NCBI RefSeq assembly: GCF_000150275.1
Contig: NW_002060959.1
Coordinates: 556,371-620,370 of the forward strand
Length of the DNA stretch: 64,000 bases
Direction of reading: 5' to 3'
From: Trichoplax adhaerens
Taxonomy: Eukaryota > Animalia > Placozoa
Positions 1-15,100 of the stretch are shown here, piece after piece (the stretch's first letter is position 1; every line of letters begins with the position of its first letter). A model generated the notes under the pieces. The model was not told the DNA's origin. It searched no databases and saw only the letters and a list, made by a program, of their open reading frames with translations. The position numbers and the translations under genes were made by a program.

Positions 1-3000
1 ATATTGTTCGTATTGATTAGATTGTTATTTCAATTCAATGCAATCGAGCATGTAAAATATGTTAATTATGCCTTAAATTATCCTATAGAGTATAGCCGTG
101 AACAAGAACTGTATCTAGCACATGGTATCGATAATTATTCTTTTCTTATTCATCTATTCAAAGCCCTTTGCGTGCCTCCTAATATCTATTTAACTTTACA
201 TAGGTATAAACAATGAAATACAAAACTATTGTCTCATGGGTTCAATTTCTATCGAATTGGACGTCCACTTATGCCGCTAGGCCCAAGAATTACAGCTATT
301 GATCACATAGTAATAAAAAAAGAGTGAAATGAGGACTATAATTATGACTCCGACAAATACAGGTATCTTCATAGAAGTGACAACTGTTGAATTAGGAGTC
401 AAAAAGCAGTTGAGAAAATACTCTACAGCTTTACTCAATTCAATTCGACCTCGACCTACCCATTACTCTAAAATTCGATAATAGAAGGATTTATTCCATT
501 GATTTTATACAAGATTATACTACTTTAAATCAGAGATACTAAAGTGATTTTCTTCTTTCCGACGAGGCCAAAATTCTAATCCAGACTGCGTAAACAATCT
601 TGTCGCCTAGGATATCAATAAGAAAAGATGTGATCTTGCTGCTTCCTTTTGTTTCAAAGATAACTATTCACACTAGAACTTGGCTGGGTTTCCTTATCAT
701 GTGATGAAAGCAGACAAAGAAATAGATTAGGCGTTTTTGCTTTTTTCGATTTCTTCAATGGCAATGTTACTAATGCGAATCAATGGCATTGAGTACAGTT
801 GTAATGATCATTTTGTTGACGTGATTTATTCACTTCTGTTTTATTTAACGTTGCTAAGGAAAGAATAAATCCTCTTTCCATTTCTATGATAGCTTAGGTA
901 TTTCTGACGATGGAAGATAGAAATAGAAAGTGGTAGAACATTTGGGTGCTATTAGTTGTAAAGGTGCATGCATTAAAATCAGTAGTAAAATAAGAGTTGG
1001 TCGCTCTTGTATCAGAAAAAATATATCCAGGCAATAGAAACTATCTTAAAATATAAGCTACTGCTTAACAGTGACGAAATGAAGGAAGAGTATTATCTCT
1101 ACAACGTTATTGGTGACTTAAAGTCTTTCTGGCATAATGCAATGGAATCTTGTTTGCGACTGATCTGAATTGCGACTGGATAGTTTTGTCTGCTTGACAT
1201 CTACTTGTATACTATATAACTTACCGTTGATGATTTAGAACTCCTTAGTACATGGAAGATTGCAACGACTACATTAATACTATATTTTTACTTACTGTAC
1301 TTAGGATTAATGTATAGCTATTTAACGATAAGCCTGTAATATATAAAGCTATCGATTTTATATTCTACATACTTTAGGCTTGGTAATAGCTCATTCAATA
1401 AGATATAAAAGCAAGGATTAACTTACCCGTTTTAGCTTGATCTTAGGTTTTACAAGTAAATTACTATCACTAATTAATTGTTTGGAATGCAGGATAGAAA
1501 GGATTACATTACACAATCGAATGTGATATTTCCGACTTACACGTAATATATCATCACTGTGCTTACAATTTTATCATATTGATGGATTAGATATTCATTC
1601 AGAATTACTTTACCTTTAGGCCTTTACAGTAGATTATTTTTATAAGATCAGAGTTAAGATTTGGACTATTAAAATTAACAGCTATCTTTTTAATGAGTTT
1701 TACTCATTTTTTTGCAACACCATTAAGTACAATTTTGTCTGTGGAATAGGGTAACAAAAAAATCTAAGCCATCATTTTATCATTTAATTATCTAGGTCTA
1801 CAAATAATACGCTACTTGTTATTAGATTTGTGCTTTTAATGAGCTTGTGCCCAATCCGCTGAATTTTTGTTCCCACAATCATTAAATTCAGCTATCCAAA
1901 TCCAGCATTATTTTTATTTTGTGGATATTTTTGCTAGCAGTAGCTAAGTTACAGTAAGATATTTCAATCATTACAGAATGATATACTGTGTTAAATAATT
2001 AGACATTTTTCGTTGATTCTTATTGAAATTTTAGCTACTTGATTATTAAAACTTGCGGTTCTTAAGCTAACACTGTTGCATTAGTTAATAATTATTTAAT
2101 GTACTACGGATATGACTATTAATGTTTAGAATGCTACTAATATTTTATTACAATACTAGTACTGAAAGGCTATTAAATGCCTTTAAATGATTTTAAGTTT
2201 ACTCGTAGCTAATTTATTTTATTAAATTTTAAATCTTTGATAAAAGATAAATCTACACTCATTAATGAAGGATCAGTCTGAATGATTTGTTACTTTTTAG
2301 ATGATATTTTTCTTGTTTAAACGCGATCGCTATTTATCTAATCAACGGTAGCTCCTCGTCATTGTTTCTTTAATACTGTATCCAATTTAGGTATTATTCA
2401 ATATAGTATAGGATAACAGCATTTTTTATCGACTAATTATGCAATCAGTATTGCAGTCATTTAATGACGTGAGTAACAAATGTCTATCTATAATTATTTA
2501 TCTGTAATTATCTTATAGTACTTTGAAGATATATTAGTAACATGATATCAAATCTGTGATAAAATAGACATGTTATACTTGGCGTTACCAAGTAGATAAG
2601 CATATTAATCTTTGTCAATGATAATGCTAAATAAAATCTAGTCGGTCTTAATCTAATATTTGACTGCGTATTATACTACAGTAAATATTTAATATCTTCT
2701 TCCATTAAAGCAAATTAAATTAAATGCTCTTCTATTACTATCATCATCGGCATTTATATCCGTAGGAAAATCGATCAGATTTCGATTGAAACATCCAGAG
2801 CATAAATTAATTTATTTTTCTGCACATACGTGCAAGTGAACTTTGAGATAATACTGATCAGAAAACAGTTTTATAATTATATTGGAAGGGCAATAGCTGC
2901 TTCTAAATTGCATAAAATAGATAGTTCTTACTAAATACTGGACATCATGAGTATAACGATTTACGCATTCTAGACTGAGAAAGAAACAGTATAGCAGTAT

Positions 3001-3024
3001 GTTCAATGTTGGCTGCAAACTATA

Positions 3025-3038
3025 GTTCCCATGGCAAC
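3025..3038. promoter_or_regulatory. RFX X-box-like palindrome GTTCCCATGGCAAC
   Basis: Exact match to the X-box consensus GTTNCCATGGNAAC. No associated gene was identified. Confidence 0.35.
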
Positions 3039-4629
3039 AATCAGATAGAATAGAAGTGTTTAAATCGAATCTACTGGTATTCTATTCGAGACTATCTTGA
3101 GTGCTAGTTTAAACTGTATATGTGCTACTTTTCTATTTAAAAATAACCTAAACTTACCAAGACAGTAGTTAATATACATTTCTGTACAAGAAATTAAATT
3201 ATCATATTAATTCGTACCAAAAAGTATAGGCATTTTGTAGGCTTACACCAATCATTTAACAATGCGTTGATTATTCTAAGCTTCTTGACGTTTCAAAGTG
3301 GCTTGACATTGCAATTTTGAGACTGCATGTCGTAAGAATAGATTGTAAAGTTAGTATTACGGATTAATTTAAGAATTCGAGCAAAATATTAATTTAATGA
3401 AACTAATACTATGTATGCCTTAAGAATCATTAGCAAATTAAAATCCATACGTAACAATAAACGTGAATGCAAATGTACTTAACGAACTACGCTAACAATA
3501 TAGAATGAGTAAACATATGTAAGTTCAGACTATATTAGTACAAATTGACGAAAATTATATTAACCACAGATTATACGTTCAATCAATTATCATCAAGAGT
3601 TCTCAAGCTGTGGAAAAGTATTAAGCAGTTCTCTGCAGTTTCATTACATTCACAGGTAATAAACTAAGACTTATATCGGTAAAGCTATCCGATTAATTGT
3701 TCCGCCTATGGATTACAAACTTTTCATATCTAATTTACTCTCTTAACGCCATTTAATTCAACATTCCACCTAAGAAAATCGCAATCCAGTAAGCTACAGC
3801 TGATAATCGTTTGATTACATTTTATTCTTCCTGATAAAACCCATTTCCCCTTATTATTTGCTATTTAGCGCGCAAAGTTATATTTTACTTTATAAGTTCG
3901 GATTGCAAGTAAAATTGGCTACTCGTAAGGAACTAGCAGACACGCGCAATAGCAATAATAATTTATTCTGAAATACAAATTCGTTTTATTCTTTGGTTAC
4001 CTTTCGATATTGATGCATTTAAAGTATAGATATATTTGCTTAACTATTACATTATGTTACCTAAACAAAGTATAAATGGAAACAACGACTACTTTAATGT
4101 TATTAAGCTAAATCATTCAATTTTTTACAGAAATCGAAATTTTAAAATATCAAAATACGTGCTAAATTATTATTAAAACATACAAATATAGCACTACGCT
4201 AACAGGAAATTAAATAGATAAAAGCACTCATAAATTACGAAATTTTGTGGCAATACCTGTGAGAGCCAAAGCCCTTCCATCTTCAGTTACTTAATTTCTA
4301 TACGAGCTATCCTAGCTTTCTTGCACTTTTGTGCGTCATCAATAACACGAATTTCATTTTATGGTATCTATATGAGCGATTAGAACTTGTATAGTTACAT
4401 AATAGAATAACGTATAGCAAATACGATCGTTTTACTGTTGGACAAGAAATTAAGTGTGTATTTACTGAAAATTGAACAGTTAGTATCCATTAACTTCATG
4501 AAAAATTTCTGTAACAGCATTAAGCAGGAGGAAAGTAGTTTAGTAGTAGACAGTTTCATAATATCAATAATAAATCTGATACAAGACTGATATAATGTAG
4601 TAATTTTACTATTCTATATAGACAGTAGC

Positions 4630-7500
4630 TATGTCTTGATATCTATGACGAATGGACGGCAGAATTTAAGCTTTAAAATCAGGATGCAGAGCAGCGTTAT
4701 TAATATTCAGCGTACTGGATATTTTAGTTTATCAAATAGGTGACTGTTTTACTTCATCGCCAATATATCTTCTATGGGTAACTAGAAAACTGCTCTAATA
4801 GCTTTGATAGGTATTTTTTACTTCTTTTTTAATAGATACCTTCCTATTTTAATGGAATTTGATTTAATGATAAAATATAAGAAAAATAAAAGAACATCTA
4901 TACAATAACTTTGCTATAATATTACTGAATTTGCATCGAAAATATATTTAAGAAAGCATCGTCATGAATGAAAATATGGGATCAAAAATATCATGTATTA
5001 CCACTAGTGGGTAACGATTAAAGCCAAAAATGAAGCTACCGATAGGAATAGATAAAGTTTTGTATCTGATAGTAATTTGCTTTTAATCCAATTAGATTAA
5101 AATATTAAATATTAATTAAATGGAATTTGATGTTCAGTATTTCATTACTGCATACTTAACTGGAGTTTAATCGGGTCTTACTGAAAATATTGTATTATTT
5201 CTGATGGATATTGACATATTGGTTATAGTAGCAACGAACATCATTGATAATTCTTGCTTCTCTTTACAATATTTGGTGTTATGACTACTCGGAGTGTGAT
5301 ATTCATATGAAAAACCTTATTCATACCCTTGATTAATGAAAACTTGGAAAGATTTAATAATATCTTAATAATTTCTTAGAATATACTGTTTCAGTAATGA
5401 TTATATGAAACACGATTCTATTAGAAACTAATTCATACAGATAGCCGTTATTGTAAGGATTGTGAAGTAAAAATGATCACTTCAAAAAGATCTCTCCTCA
5501 ACTGAATTTATAACTTTCAATATCTAAAGAAATTCTTGTAAGGTACTATAAGTCCATTCGAGTACTTTTAGCGAGTAATATACATGATGTTTATAGTACA
5601 GTATTAAATAGTGTAGATAATAAATTGAAGAAATGATAGTGTCAGGTATCTAAAATTCGGTATATTGATAGTATGAATAGTAAGTTGTTAATTAAAATAA
5701 TACTAGTTATCGTTCTCTTAGTAATTTTTCTTTTATTTCATAGTCCAATTTTACATCGTATGAATGACAATTGTTATTTATTTTAGCCAAATGATAGTCA
5801 ATATTTGCGTTTATTTGACGTTTACAATTACTATTTATTTTATGACTTACGGATTTACTTATTCTCGAAATGGAAGTAGTACTTCGATAAGTAGTTCCTG
5901 ATTAATGTAATGAAGGCATGAAGTTTGACTGGACAATAACTAAATTTGAAATTACTGTAGACCGAATAATTTGTATATCTTATAATCTAAGTAAATGTAT
6001 TCATTAAAAGTAATTCGAATTAAATTCTCCATAGAGGACTGAAATGAGAACAGAAGAAGCAGCCAATAGAAACTTTAAACAAAGATATATCAGATAAATA
6101 AACTGGATCACGATTTTGTTTTAGAACAAATATAGATTTAAAATACCTATTTTTAATTTTTTCTTCCATTTTTATCCTTTCTTCTACTAAAATAGGATTT
6201 AAGATAGTCATTGCCACACATAGAGGCTAAATTGTATACTAATAATGCGAATGTAAAAGATTTTGATATGTTGACGCATCTTTATCAGTCTGTAATATCA
6301 GAAATAGAGAAAAATATGTTTTTAAAATATCCGAGATTATCATAGTAATCTATGCTCATCATGCTCGTTAGCAAGGATACGAAATAAAATAAAATGTCTA
6401 AATTTGTACTAGACAAATTTGATGTAATATTTGCGATAAGAATCTTGTTTAATGTGTTATGAGTAAGCGATATTATTATTATTGAAAACTAGTGAAGGTG
6501 TAAAAGGTTTTAATATGTTGACAAATTTCTACCACTAGACCCTAGAAGGATAGAGAAAATTTTGTTTTCAAATATCAGAGATCATCATATAAATCTGCAC
6601 TGATAATGCTCATAGGCAAAGATAATTAAGTAAGTGTCTAAATTTATAAAATGTGAAGTAATCTAGTCTAGAATTTACAACCAATTTGATGCTATATTTG
6701 CAATAAGAACTCTACTTTATTTGAAATGAATAACGACATTATCATTCTTGAAATTAGTCAGTATAATAATTATTAACAATGAAGAGAACTTTAAACATCT
6801 AATTCTATGAGTTATTCTTAATGATAATGGATCGTATTCCTTATTACGGATGATTATGTTTTTAATCTTATCTAATGAGATAAAATAGAATAGCCGTTAC
6901 TGACATAGCAGTTAGTATGATTTCATGGGCATGGAGATTTTTAGATGAAAAGTTGATTGACTATAGTAAGGATAGATAGCATATAAAATGGTTGGCAGTT
7001 AAACTATTAGTAGCTGTTTGAAGTAAGATAGAATGTTTTTCAATTACTGATAATATTCAAGTTACAGTCTAAGAAAAATCAAGCAAAATAATTGAACTTC
7101 GATGAAAGGCTAAATGAGCCATTAATACGATAGATTTGCAAAATGCTAAATTCAGTCAAACGATTCTAACGATACCACTAGAAGCAAGATCATTCATGTC
7201 CTATATTGTTTAGCTTAACTTGAAATATGCATGACTTACTTCGTCATCAATATCATTAGATGGCCCTTATATGACAGAGTTAACAAGAATTGAAGATCTT
7301 TTAATAAATGGATCAAGAATATCAAGGAAACTGATGATGCTGTAAGATAACCACTGGTAATTTGACAAATCAATACTTTACCATAAGCTCTAGCGTTAAG
7401 ATTTTAGTTGATTATCCATTAATAATTGAAGATGTCAGTAGACATTACTAATATTTCAAATAATAAGTTAATACTGACATAAATGATATCGATTAAATAT
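4630..7500 (-). pseudogene. Decayed LRR/rhodopsin-class GPCR (LGR-like) relic
   Basis: Minus-strand fragments: TM3-like KYCKEKQELSMMFVATITNMSISIRNNTIFSVRP (~5170-5275), hydrophobic LYLFLSVASFLALIV (~5010-5060), TM7-like ILITLLCILI..NSAV/PFV (~4640-4710). Interrupted by stops and frameshifts; the boundaries are approximate. Confidence 0.3.
6260..6760. repeat. Diverged tandem duplication, two ~245-bp units
   Basis: The blocks atatgttgac..atagagaaaa..aaatatc(c/a)gagat..atgctc..tgtctaaattt..aatttgatg..atatttgc(g/a)ataagaa recur in the same order at ~6266-6495 and ~6513-6758. Confidence 0.75.
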
Positions 7501-7809
7501 TACTTAGGTTAACCAGAAAGGGTTTATTGAAATAACATTGAAAATTTTTCTGATTCGGAATTATACTATTCAATCATATTCTTTCGGATTCGTTCGAGAT
7601 CATGTACTCCATAATGTCAATTGCAAAACTATCAGATAAAAAATTGAATTTATACTTAATACAGTAGAAGGCAGAGATAATATACTGAAATATTTTATCG
7701 TAAAATGGCAATGATAACCACGCATGGTAATAATAATGACAAATGTATAGACAGATGATTTTCATTATAGTGCAAAATGAATCAATTCCATTATTCAGAA
7801 AAAAATTAC

Positions 7810-8430
7810 TTAAACTTTACCAATATGTAACTTTACATCACGGTTAATGTGTTTAGCACACTCAGACATGATGTAACAGTCAGCCAATGATTGATTAATA
7901 ATTTTAACATTGTTAATAAACCGATTAGATGCAATTTTTATATCTTCCTCTTTCAAGCCAGCTTGATGGGCTAAAGTTCTTGAATTGGCAACAAATTCTT
8001 CACTATCGCTAATAATTTCCTTCAACTTATCGATAAATTCTGGTGTATGATCAGTAACATTACGCGATATTTCTAATAATTGTTGCAAAGCTTGGTGGAT
8101 ATCGATCATATTGCCAAATAGTCTCTTATTGTCCGCAATAAGCTGTAAACCACCATTTTGGCCGTCTTCTTCGATTTTAACTTCATGGACCGGTAAATGA
8201 TCGACAAAATAAGTCAGTGATATCTTAAAAGATTCATAGCAATCATCGGGAAGACTATGCGTTTGAAAATGATCAAATTTTTTTAATCGTTTATCTAAAG
8301 CGCTTTTTAAATTTCGAACTAAGATAACGTAGTTATTGGAACTAGCGAAAAATTGATCGACTTCTGTGACACCAATAGGTAAGATAGTTTCTCCAAGGTC
8401 TTCGGAAGCTTTATGATGTGCTGCACCCAT
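7810..8430 (-). CDS. Single-exon 206-aa hypothetical protein, predicted mostly alpha-helical, N-terminus Met-Gly
   Basis: 621-nt uninterrupted ORF in very AT-rich DNA, with globular-protein composition and amphipathic heptad-like helices. A minus-strand AATAAA lies ~280 nt downstream (7523-7528). Family not recognised. Confidence 0.65.
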   Translation of the reverse strand: MGAAHHKASEDLGETILPIGVTEVDQFFASSNNYVILVRNLKSALDKRLKKFDHFQTHSLPDDCYESFKISLTYFVDHLPVHEVKIEEDGQNGGLQLIADNKRLFGNMIDIHQALQQLLEISRNVTDHTPEFIDKLKEIISDSEEFVANSRTLAHQAGLKEEDIKIASNRFINNVKIINQSLADCYIMSECAKHINRDVKLHIGKV

Positions 8431-11400
8431 TTATGTTTAAATGTTTAATCGGGAGATAAAGCTTGAATCTTTCCACTTTTTACCACAGCTACTATCGTAT
8501 ACAGCGATTCTTAGATTCTGAAACGTCTACCAGCAATACCAATGTTATAATTGAACTTTTAACGGTATATCTTTTAAGATGCAATATTTCTATACACTTG
8601 CAATCTGAAAAATGTTGAATACGATCAAAAGGTACAGTAGAGATGAATTGTATTCAAAAAGAAATTTGAAGGTTATTTTAAATCCTTCTCGTTATCAATA
8701 ATACAATCAATCATTTAGTTTCACCTAAATAAAATCAATTTGTTATATTTTGTAATTAACAGCAGGACCTAGGAAAGGATCAATTATTAAATTGAATAGT
8801 GAGAAAACAGATGTCCACTCCTAGAATGATGTGCGTGATGATTTAGAAAATGGAGTAGCAACAAGAAAGAATAAAACTATGTCAATCGTACACTCTCGTT
8901 AAATAGTTTATAAAAATTACGTAATTGGTTGATCATAGTAGTTCTTCTCATTCAACCTTCCCACTTCTACTTCATCCAAAAATTATGCACGATAAGCATT
9001 AATAGACTGTCTTAGTGTTTAACTTAATTGCATAACCTATAAAAATAACGATTATTGATCGAAGATGGCTCAATGTCTTGCCTATTATATCCTTACTCTT
9101 TATTGTAAAATTAAAAACTGTTGTATTATAGTCTAATACAAATGATCAATTAGACAATTAATTTTCTTCACTTCCAACTACAATTCAACTTAGCCTTTAA
9201 AACTTAAGCTTTTATGTGAATAGATTAAAGTGTAACCTTGGTTACTTTATTATGCTATTTATAAGAAAAGCCTTGATCTATACTATTTGAATATTCATTA
9301 GCGTATCTCTTCATGTCGTTCAAACGATAGAATGGTAGAATAAAATATAAATTCTAATCAATTCTATTCATGATCGATATATCATCGTAAGTAAATACGA
9401 AAACAGGATAACAATACTTCATGCAGATATAGTTAAATATCCAATACATAATTAAAAATCGAAAACCGCTGCTTTAATTATAATTCAGCGTAAGAAGTGG
9501 TAATATTTCAATCTTTTAATAAAATTTCAATAAGTATAGTCGGGTAATGCAGATGTAAACCGCAATAAGGAAATACATACCGTACTTTGCGCAGATCAGA
9601 TCCGTAATAGACATTTAGTCCATGAGCGAAAACTTGTTGTCAATATCAATAGTTGGCTATTTTTCTAAATTTATAGCAAAGATAGATGTAGTGTAGTTAT
9701 TAAAGTCTACTATTATGAGAGTGAATAAGGAACAGCTTCGAATAGTACTAGATAGGAGTTTTATTTAATCTAAAAGATCATTAATGGCGCATATCAAAAT
9801 TAAAGACAATTCTACCTATTCATTATACATATTGAATTCATTATCATATTGGATATTCAAGAACTGCCTACATTAATTAGAATCTTATCACTCAACTGTA
9901 GTGAAGTCAGTATATCCATTTGTTCATATAATTATAAGAATATATTTTTATAAATATTTCTGTTTAATAGATTCTAAAGGGTCTAGACTATACGTATTTG
10001 ACGACGCTATTTTTTATATCACGTATTAAATTTGAGTTTGATGGCAATGCAATTTATAAAAAAAAGTATTCAATAGCCTGGTCAACGCAATAACTTATAA
10101 TCCGAGATTTTTAATAATCGCTCACATTATTTGAAATTATAGGTGTTCTATCGTGTGACTGAAGTTTGCGGATACAAATTTTCGAAAAAACTAAACAGTT
10201 ATTTTACAGTTTTGATGCATTGTGTATCATGTGAATAAAATATAAAAGAAATTGGAATATTGGAATATTGTATAGAATAATCGCGAATAAGGACAAAAAT
10301 TATTGGTTATAATTTTTAAGGCTTCTATCATATGGGTACATTTCAAACTAGAGTTAATGGAATGCTGCACTGGACAGTTGCAAATATAAGTTAATCTCAA
10401 TTTTTTAAAGCTATTGCGTTATCTCTGCATTTATATTTAAAGCAATGTAGTTTTAAGGTATTACATTGTTAAGCATAGTGCTCATAAAGCACCCAAGCTA
10501 AAGGAGCTATAATAACTATTTCATAAAGTTGATGAATTCAGCTAGGTAGCAATGTACTGTCAGCAGACAATGCTGATTAATTACGACGCCCTAAATCTCA
10601 TTACATAGTTGTGCAAACAATGCCTACTGTTCTATAGAAATTGGAATAATATATGAATTTCTGTACTTAATGAGACACCAGAATAGTCAATTTAACACCG
10701 GCTACCAATCAGATACTATCACTATGTACGTATATTAATATCATCAAATATTTATCTAGCGCTCTTGTTGTTGAAGGAATTACCTGCTATTTTATGAAAG
10801 CGAAAGTTAAAATCTTCAGAAATAATTGATTGATTGTGCACTGTACAATGTGCAGTATATCATATTGTAATTAATACTTACTAGAGTTGCGTCGATTTGT
10901 TAAATCCTAGAATATCACGAATTATGCAGACTGTTAGTAATGGTAAGGCTTATAACGATATTGTTCGCTATAATAATATCTATTTCAATGATACCTTCAT
11001 CATTCAATCCAAAATTTTGAATAAACTGTGTTTGCATTTCATTTATGGATAGCATGAAGTAGGTCAAAGTTATCACAAGAATCTACTACCAACAAATTTT
11101 TCTGGATAATTAATTTTTAGAGTAGTGGATGGAAACACTTAGCCATATTTTGAAGCACTACGGGTACTGCATGGGTCAAGTACTTTCACATCGATCGTAC
11201 TGTAGATAATACACAAATTTTATAAGTTTGGCTCCAAATTAGATCTCATTCAGATTATATAATAAGTGCTTAAAAATATCTAACTTAATACATTATTAAC
11301 TTCTTAACGTATAATAGTGATTGTAACGGTTAAAGTATAAAACGGGTCATAGAGAGAGAGAAAGCACATTTAAACATCCGGTAGCTATTTTATTTACGGT

Positions 11401-12169
11401 ACTTCTACGGGATTAAAATCTATGCATCACATAAGACTAATAATTATTAATTGATATATCGTTGCTGGCTAAAGCTGTTGCTAGCAAAGTAGAGTTATTT
11501 GTTCTCATGGGTTCTATAGATAATTACAGCTCCAGTCAATAAGAAAAATTTAATTACCATCGGAGCTTATTTCTTACTGAAAAAGCCGATGCCTTGTGTA
11601 ATTTTACTGCGCTTCCAGTTGATTAAAAGTTGGATCACCATCTTTATTTATATATATTGCTAGACTTATAAAACAGAATAACTCAATCAAACAAAAAAGT
11701 TCGATAATGTATTTTCATTCACTAAATATATTTACTTTTTCTGTATACCTCAAAATCTATTTAATTTAAGGAACTGATTAGCTATTTAATCTATTGGTAT
11801 AAAATACAAACCGAAATGATTAGATTTAAAATCTCAAGGTAGTCTAGTAAAATTAAGACAAACATGCAGGTATTGAAATTTGTGGTCCGTCTTGCTAGTG
11901 CTACTTGAAGTGTGTGTCATGAATTAATGTGATTCGTCATTTTTAATTTTAGATATTTCGCACCATAATCGGGTTTTAATTGTGATTATATGAAGATTTT
12001 ATATCTATGCTTCTATACTTTATAGCAGTATTCTACGACAGTTATAATTTACAAATGAGAAGTTGTTTTAAAACTGTACATTGCGTTTAGATTAACCCTA
12101 AAATTTAATATTACACATGGCTGATGATGATATTATTAACACATGCAGCCTATGTCGCCAATAAGCGTC

Positions 12170-15100
12170 CTAAGCAATTTCCTTTAGAACTTCTTGCAGC
12201 CGCTTAATCTTTGCTTTAAAATCTCTCCTGCCACTAAAACTAGTACGGCGTGATTGCAACGTCAGAAGGTTAATATATTCAGTGTCTTTATATAGCCTGC
12301 CTTTATCAATTATGCATTGAATGATATCCTACGAAATAGTAATGAATCAGATTCAGCGTTGGAAGATACGTTGCAAGTAAGAAAAATTTAATCTAATAGT
12401 TTACAAGAATGAAGAGAAAGATAAGCTTACGTCAGTAGATAAATTTAGAAGTTCGTAATACTGTCGACACCGATCCAAAGCAATTTCTCTACTCAAGGTG
12501 ATATTATTTAAGTTTTGTTGAAGAGCAAATATATTACGGCACCTGCAGTATAATATCGCATAAAACAAAATCATATTAACCCAAGAAAATACAAAACATT
12601 ATCAATATTGGTACTTCAGATACTGTGAGACATAGTTATGAAAGATAAAGTACATTTTTTCGATGCCATTAGAATTTAATTTCTTTATATAACTAGCGCT
12701 GGATATCATAAATGTCGACAAAAGGCTTCCCAAACCATCAAACAGATATCTATCAATTAAAAAATTTACAAATTAATGTATACCATACTCTTATTAGACT
12801 AAAGTAATTCAATAAACTTTATTTGCTTAAGAAATTAGCAAATGGCGTTTGAATAAATAAACAAAACTCAACATTACCTTAATTTATTAGGGTGCAAACA
12901 AGTAGACATCGTGTCTTCAATGCGGGCTAAATCCTTATTTAAACCAATAACTAGAGGATCGGGATCCAAGGCATCAACAGTGCATTCGTAGCTTGACTAA
13001 GAAAATTAAATAGATAGATAATCGTACGTCCTTTTCAGTTAACGATAAATGTCCAAGAAATATCATCAAAAAAATCAATAAATATTCATCTAGTGCTCAG
13101 AAATAACTTATAACAGTTATACTCTACAATATCGATTCATAAAATGTCATACTGACTTACAATCTTTGTAGCACGACTTAAATAGAAGAAGCAGTGACAC
13201 CGCACTTCCAAATGTAAAACAAGGAGGCAAGTTTCCGAAATTTCCTTAAAATCCTCCGATAACTTGTTAAGTGAGCTATTGATAATAACATAAAAGTAAT
13301 CTGTCTTTAAAGTCAAGAATAAAATATCAATTGACAATTAATTATTCCATTCAAACACATTACCTTATGCTATTTGCTACGACGCTATTGCCCTAGATCA
13401 TTACAACAGTTAAGTTAGCGCTAGATTTCGTACGATGCATAAAAATAGTTTTTAGTGTCAAAAGATACTGTACCTCGTCTTGATTAAGTTTCTGAGATTC
13501 TGATGTGTTCTTAGGAATGCTATGTTTCAGAACATCACAAAATGATAGCAGCGCATCACTAAACCAAACCTAAAAATTATCATTACAATACGTGTTTAGA
13601 AGAAATTATTTCTTTCAGCAAAACTCCTCAGTATGACAATGATAAACCTACCAGGCTTTCGTGCAAGTTTCCCAACATTCTTAAATCATCATATTCGCTT
13701 AATATTTCTTCTTTTTGCAACATTTCACTACTTAAATTATTGGATAAATACTCGGATTCCTTATTTAAAGGTTACAAAAGCATCAAGTTATTGCTGCGTG
13801 AATACTATAAAAAGTAATTGTAGCGGTTTCGCTAGACAATAAGGAGATTACTTGTTGGTTTCGGTCCGTAGTTACACTTTCATCATCCACGTTCTTGAAA
13901 AGTAATCAAGAAAGATAAAGTTTAATGTTGTAAAACTAGGGATTGTACCCGTATAAATTTTTTGGCATAAGTAAAACTAATATTGTTTACTAACTATTAA
14001 AGTACTTTTCTAATCTACTTACTGTTTCTTCACTATAAGCGGACATGATATTTTTCCAGCTTGGCAAGGATCTAACCAATGTAATATACAATAACGTAGC
14101 AAAACTCTTTTAATGTTATATCAAAAGTTTATAAAAATTCTAAATTTGTCGATAGCAATCTATTAGGTGCAATACTTTAATAAATTGCTAATATACGCAT
14201 CTTTGGCCCACTTAGCGCTGATAACTTTAGTTTCGCCGTCAGATGCAAAGCGCAGTACACCTGCAAGAAAAATCATTAGGATGAGAAACCGTTAATTGCT
14301 GTTTCAATTTTGTTGATTAATAGACCCATCACCGAATAATTAACGCCTACCGTTATAAATTTCTGCAATTACATCTCGATAATTGGTAATCACTTCAAGC
14401 AAAAGATCGACAATTTTTGGGCAGTATCTTGGTAAATCATGTATCATATCAACTAAATCATGTATGACGGTATGGATAACGACTGTACTATGTAAAATTG
14501 GTCTGGCCAGTTTCAATAATTTTTGCGTATGCATGTCAATCATATTTTTTAAAGCGTTCACACCTGCAAAAAAAACAAAGAACTAGTGATCAGCTCAATT
14601 TTAGGTAATAATAATTAGGGTAATTATTAACACAAAAGTTTATATGGTATAACCTTTCACAACTGAGTCGATTTTCTCTTTCACTTGCAATTGGATTTTT
14701 CTAAGATAGATATCAGAAATGAAAGCGTCTACAAACAGAAACAGTGGGCAATGGTTCCTACAAAATAAATATTATATAAGTTAGATAGTTCTTCATACAC
14801 AGCAGTTTCAAAATGATTTCATTATACAGCGCCTAACCCTTCTTTAAGACCTAGATTTTCTTCAGCCTTGGCGATAAAAGAGCACAATCCCTTGTATACA
14901 GCTATTTGCCAAAAAACAACACATAGACGGATAAGTAACAAATAAAAGCTTCGAAAGTATTACAGGCATTGTCATGAATAATGCATTAGGTAATTCTAAC
15001 CGTTAATGTGGTTTGCATGGGGTGTACAAGGTAACTTAATATCAACATCGTAGTCCTCCTAATATCAATTATATACTTATAATATCAGCTTGCGTGAAAG

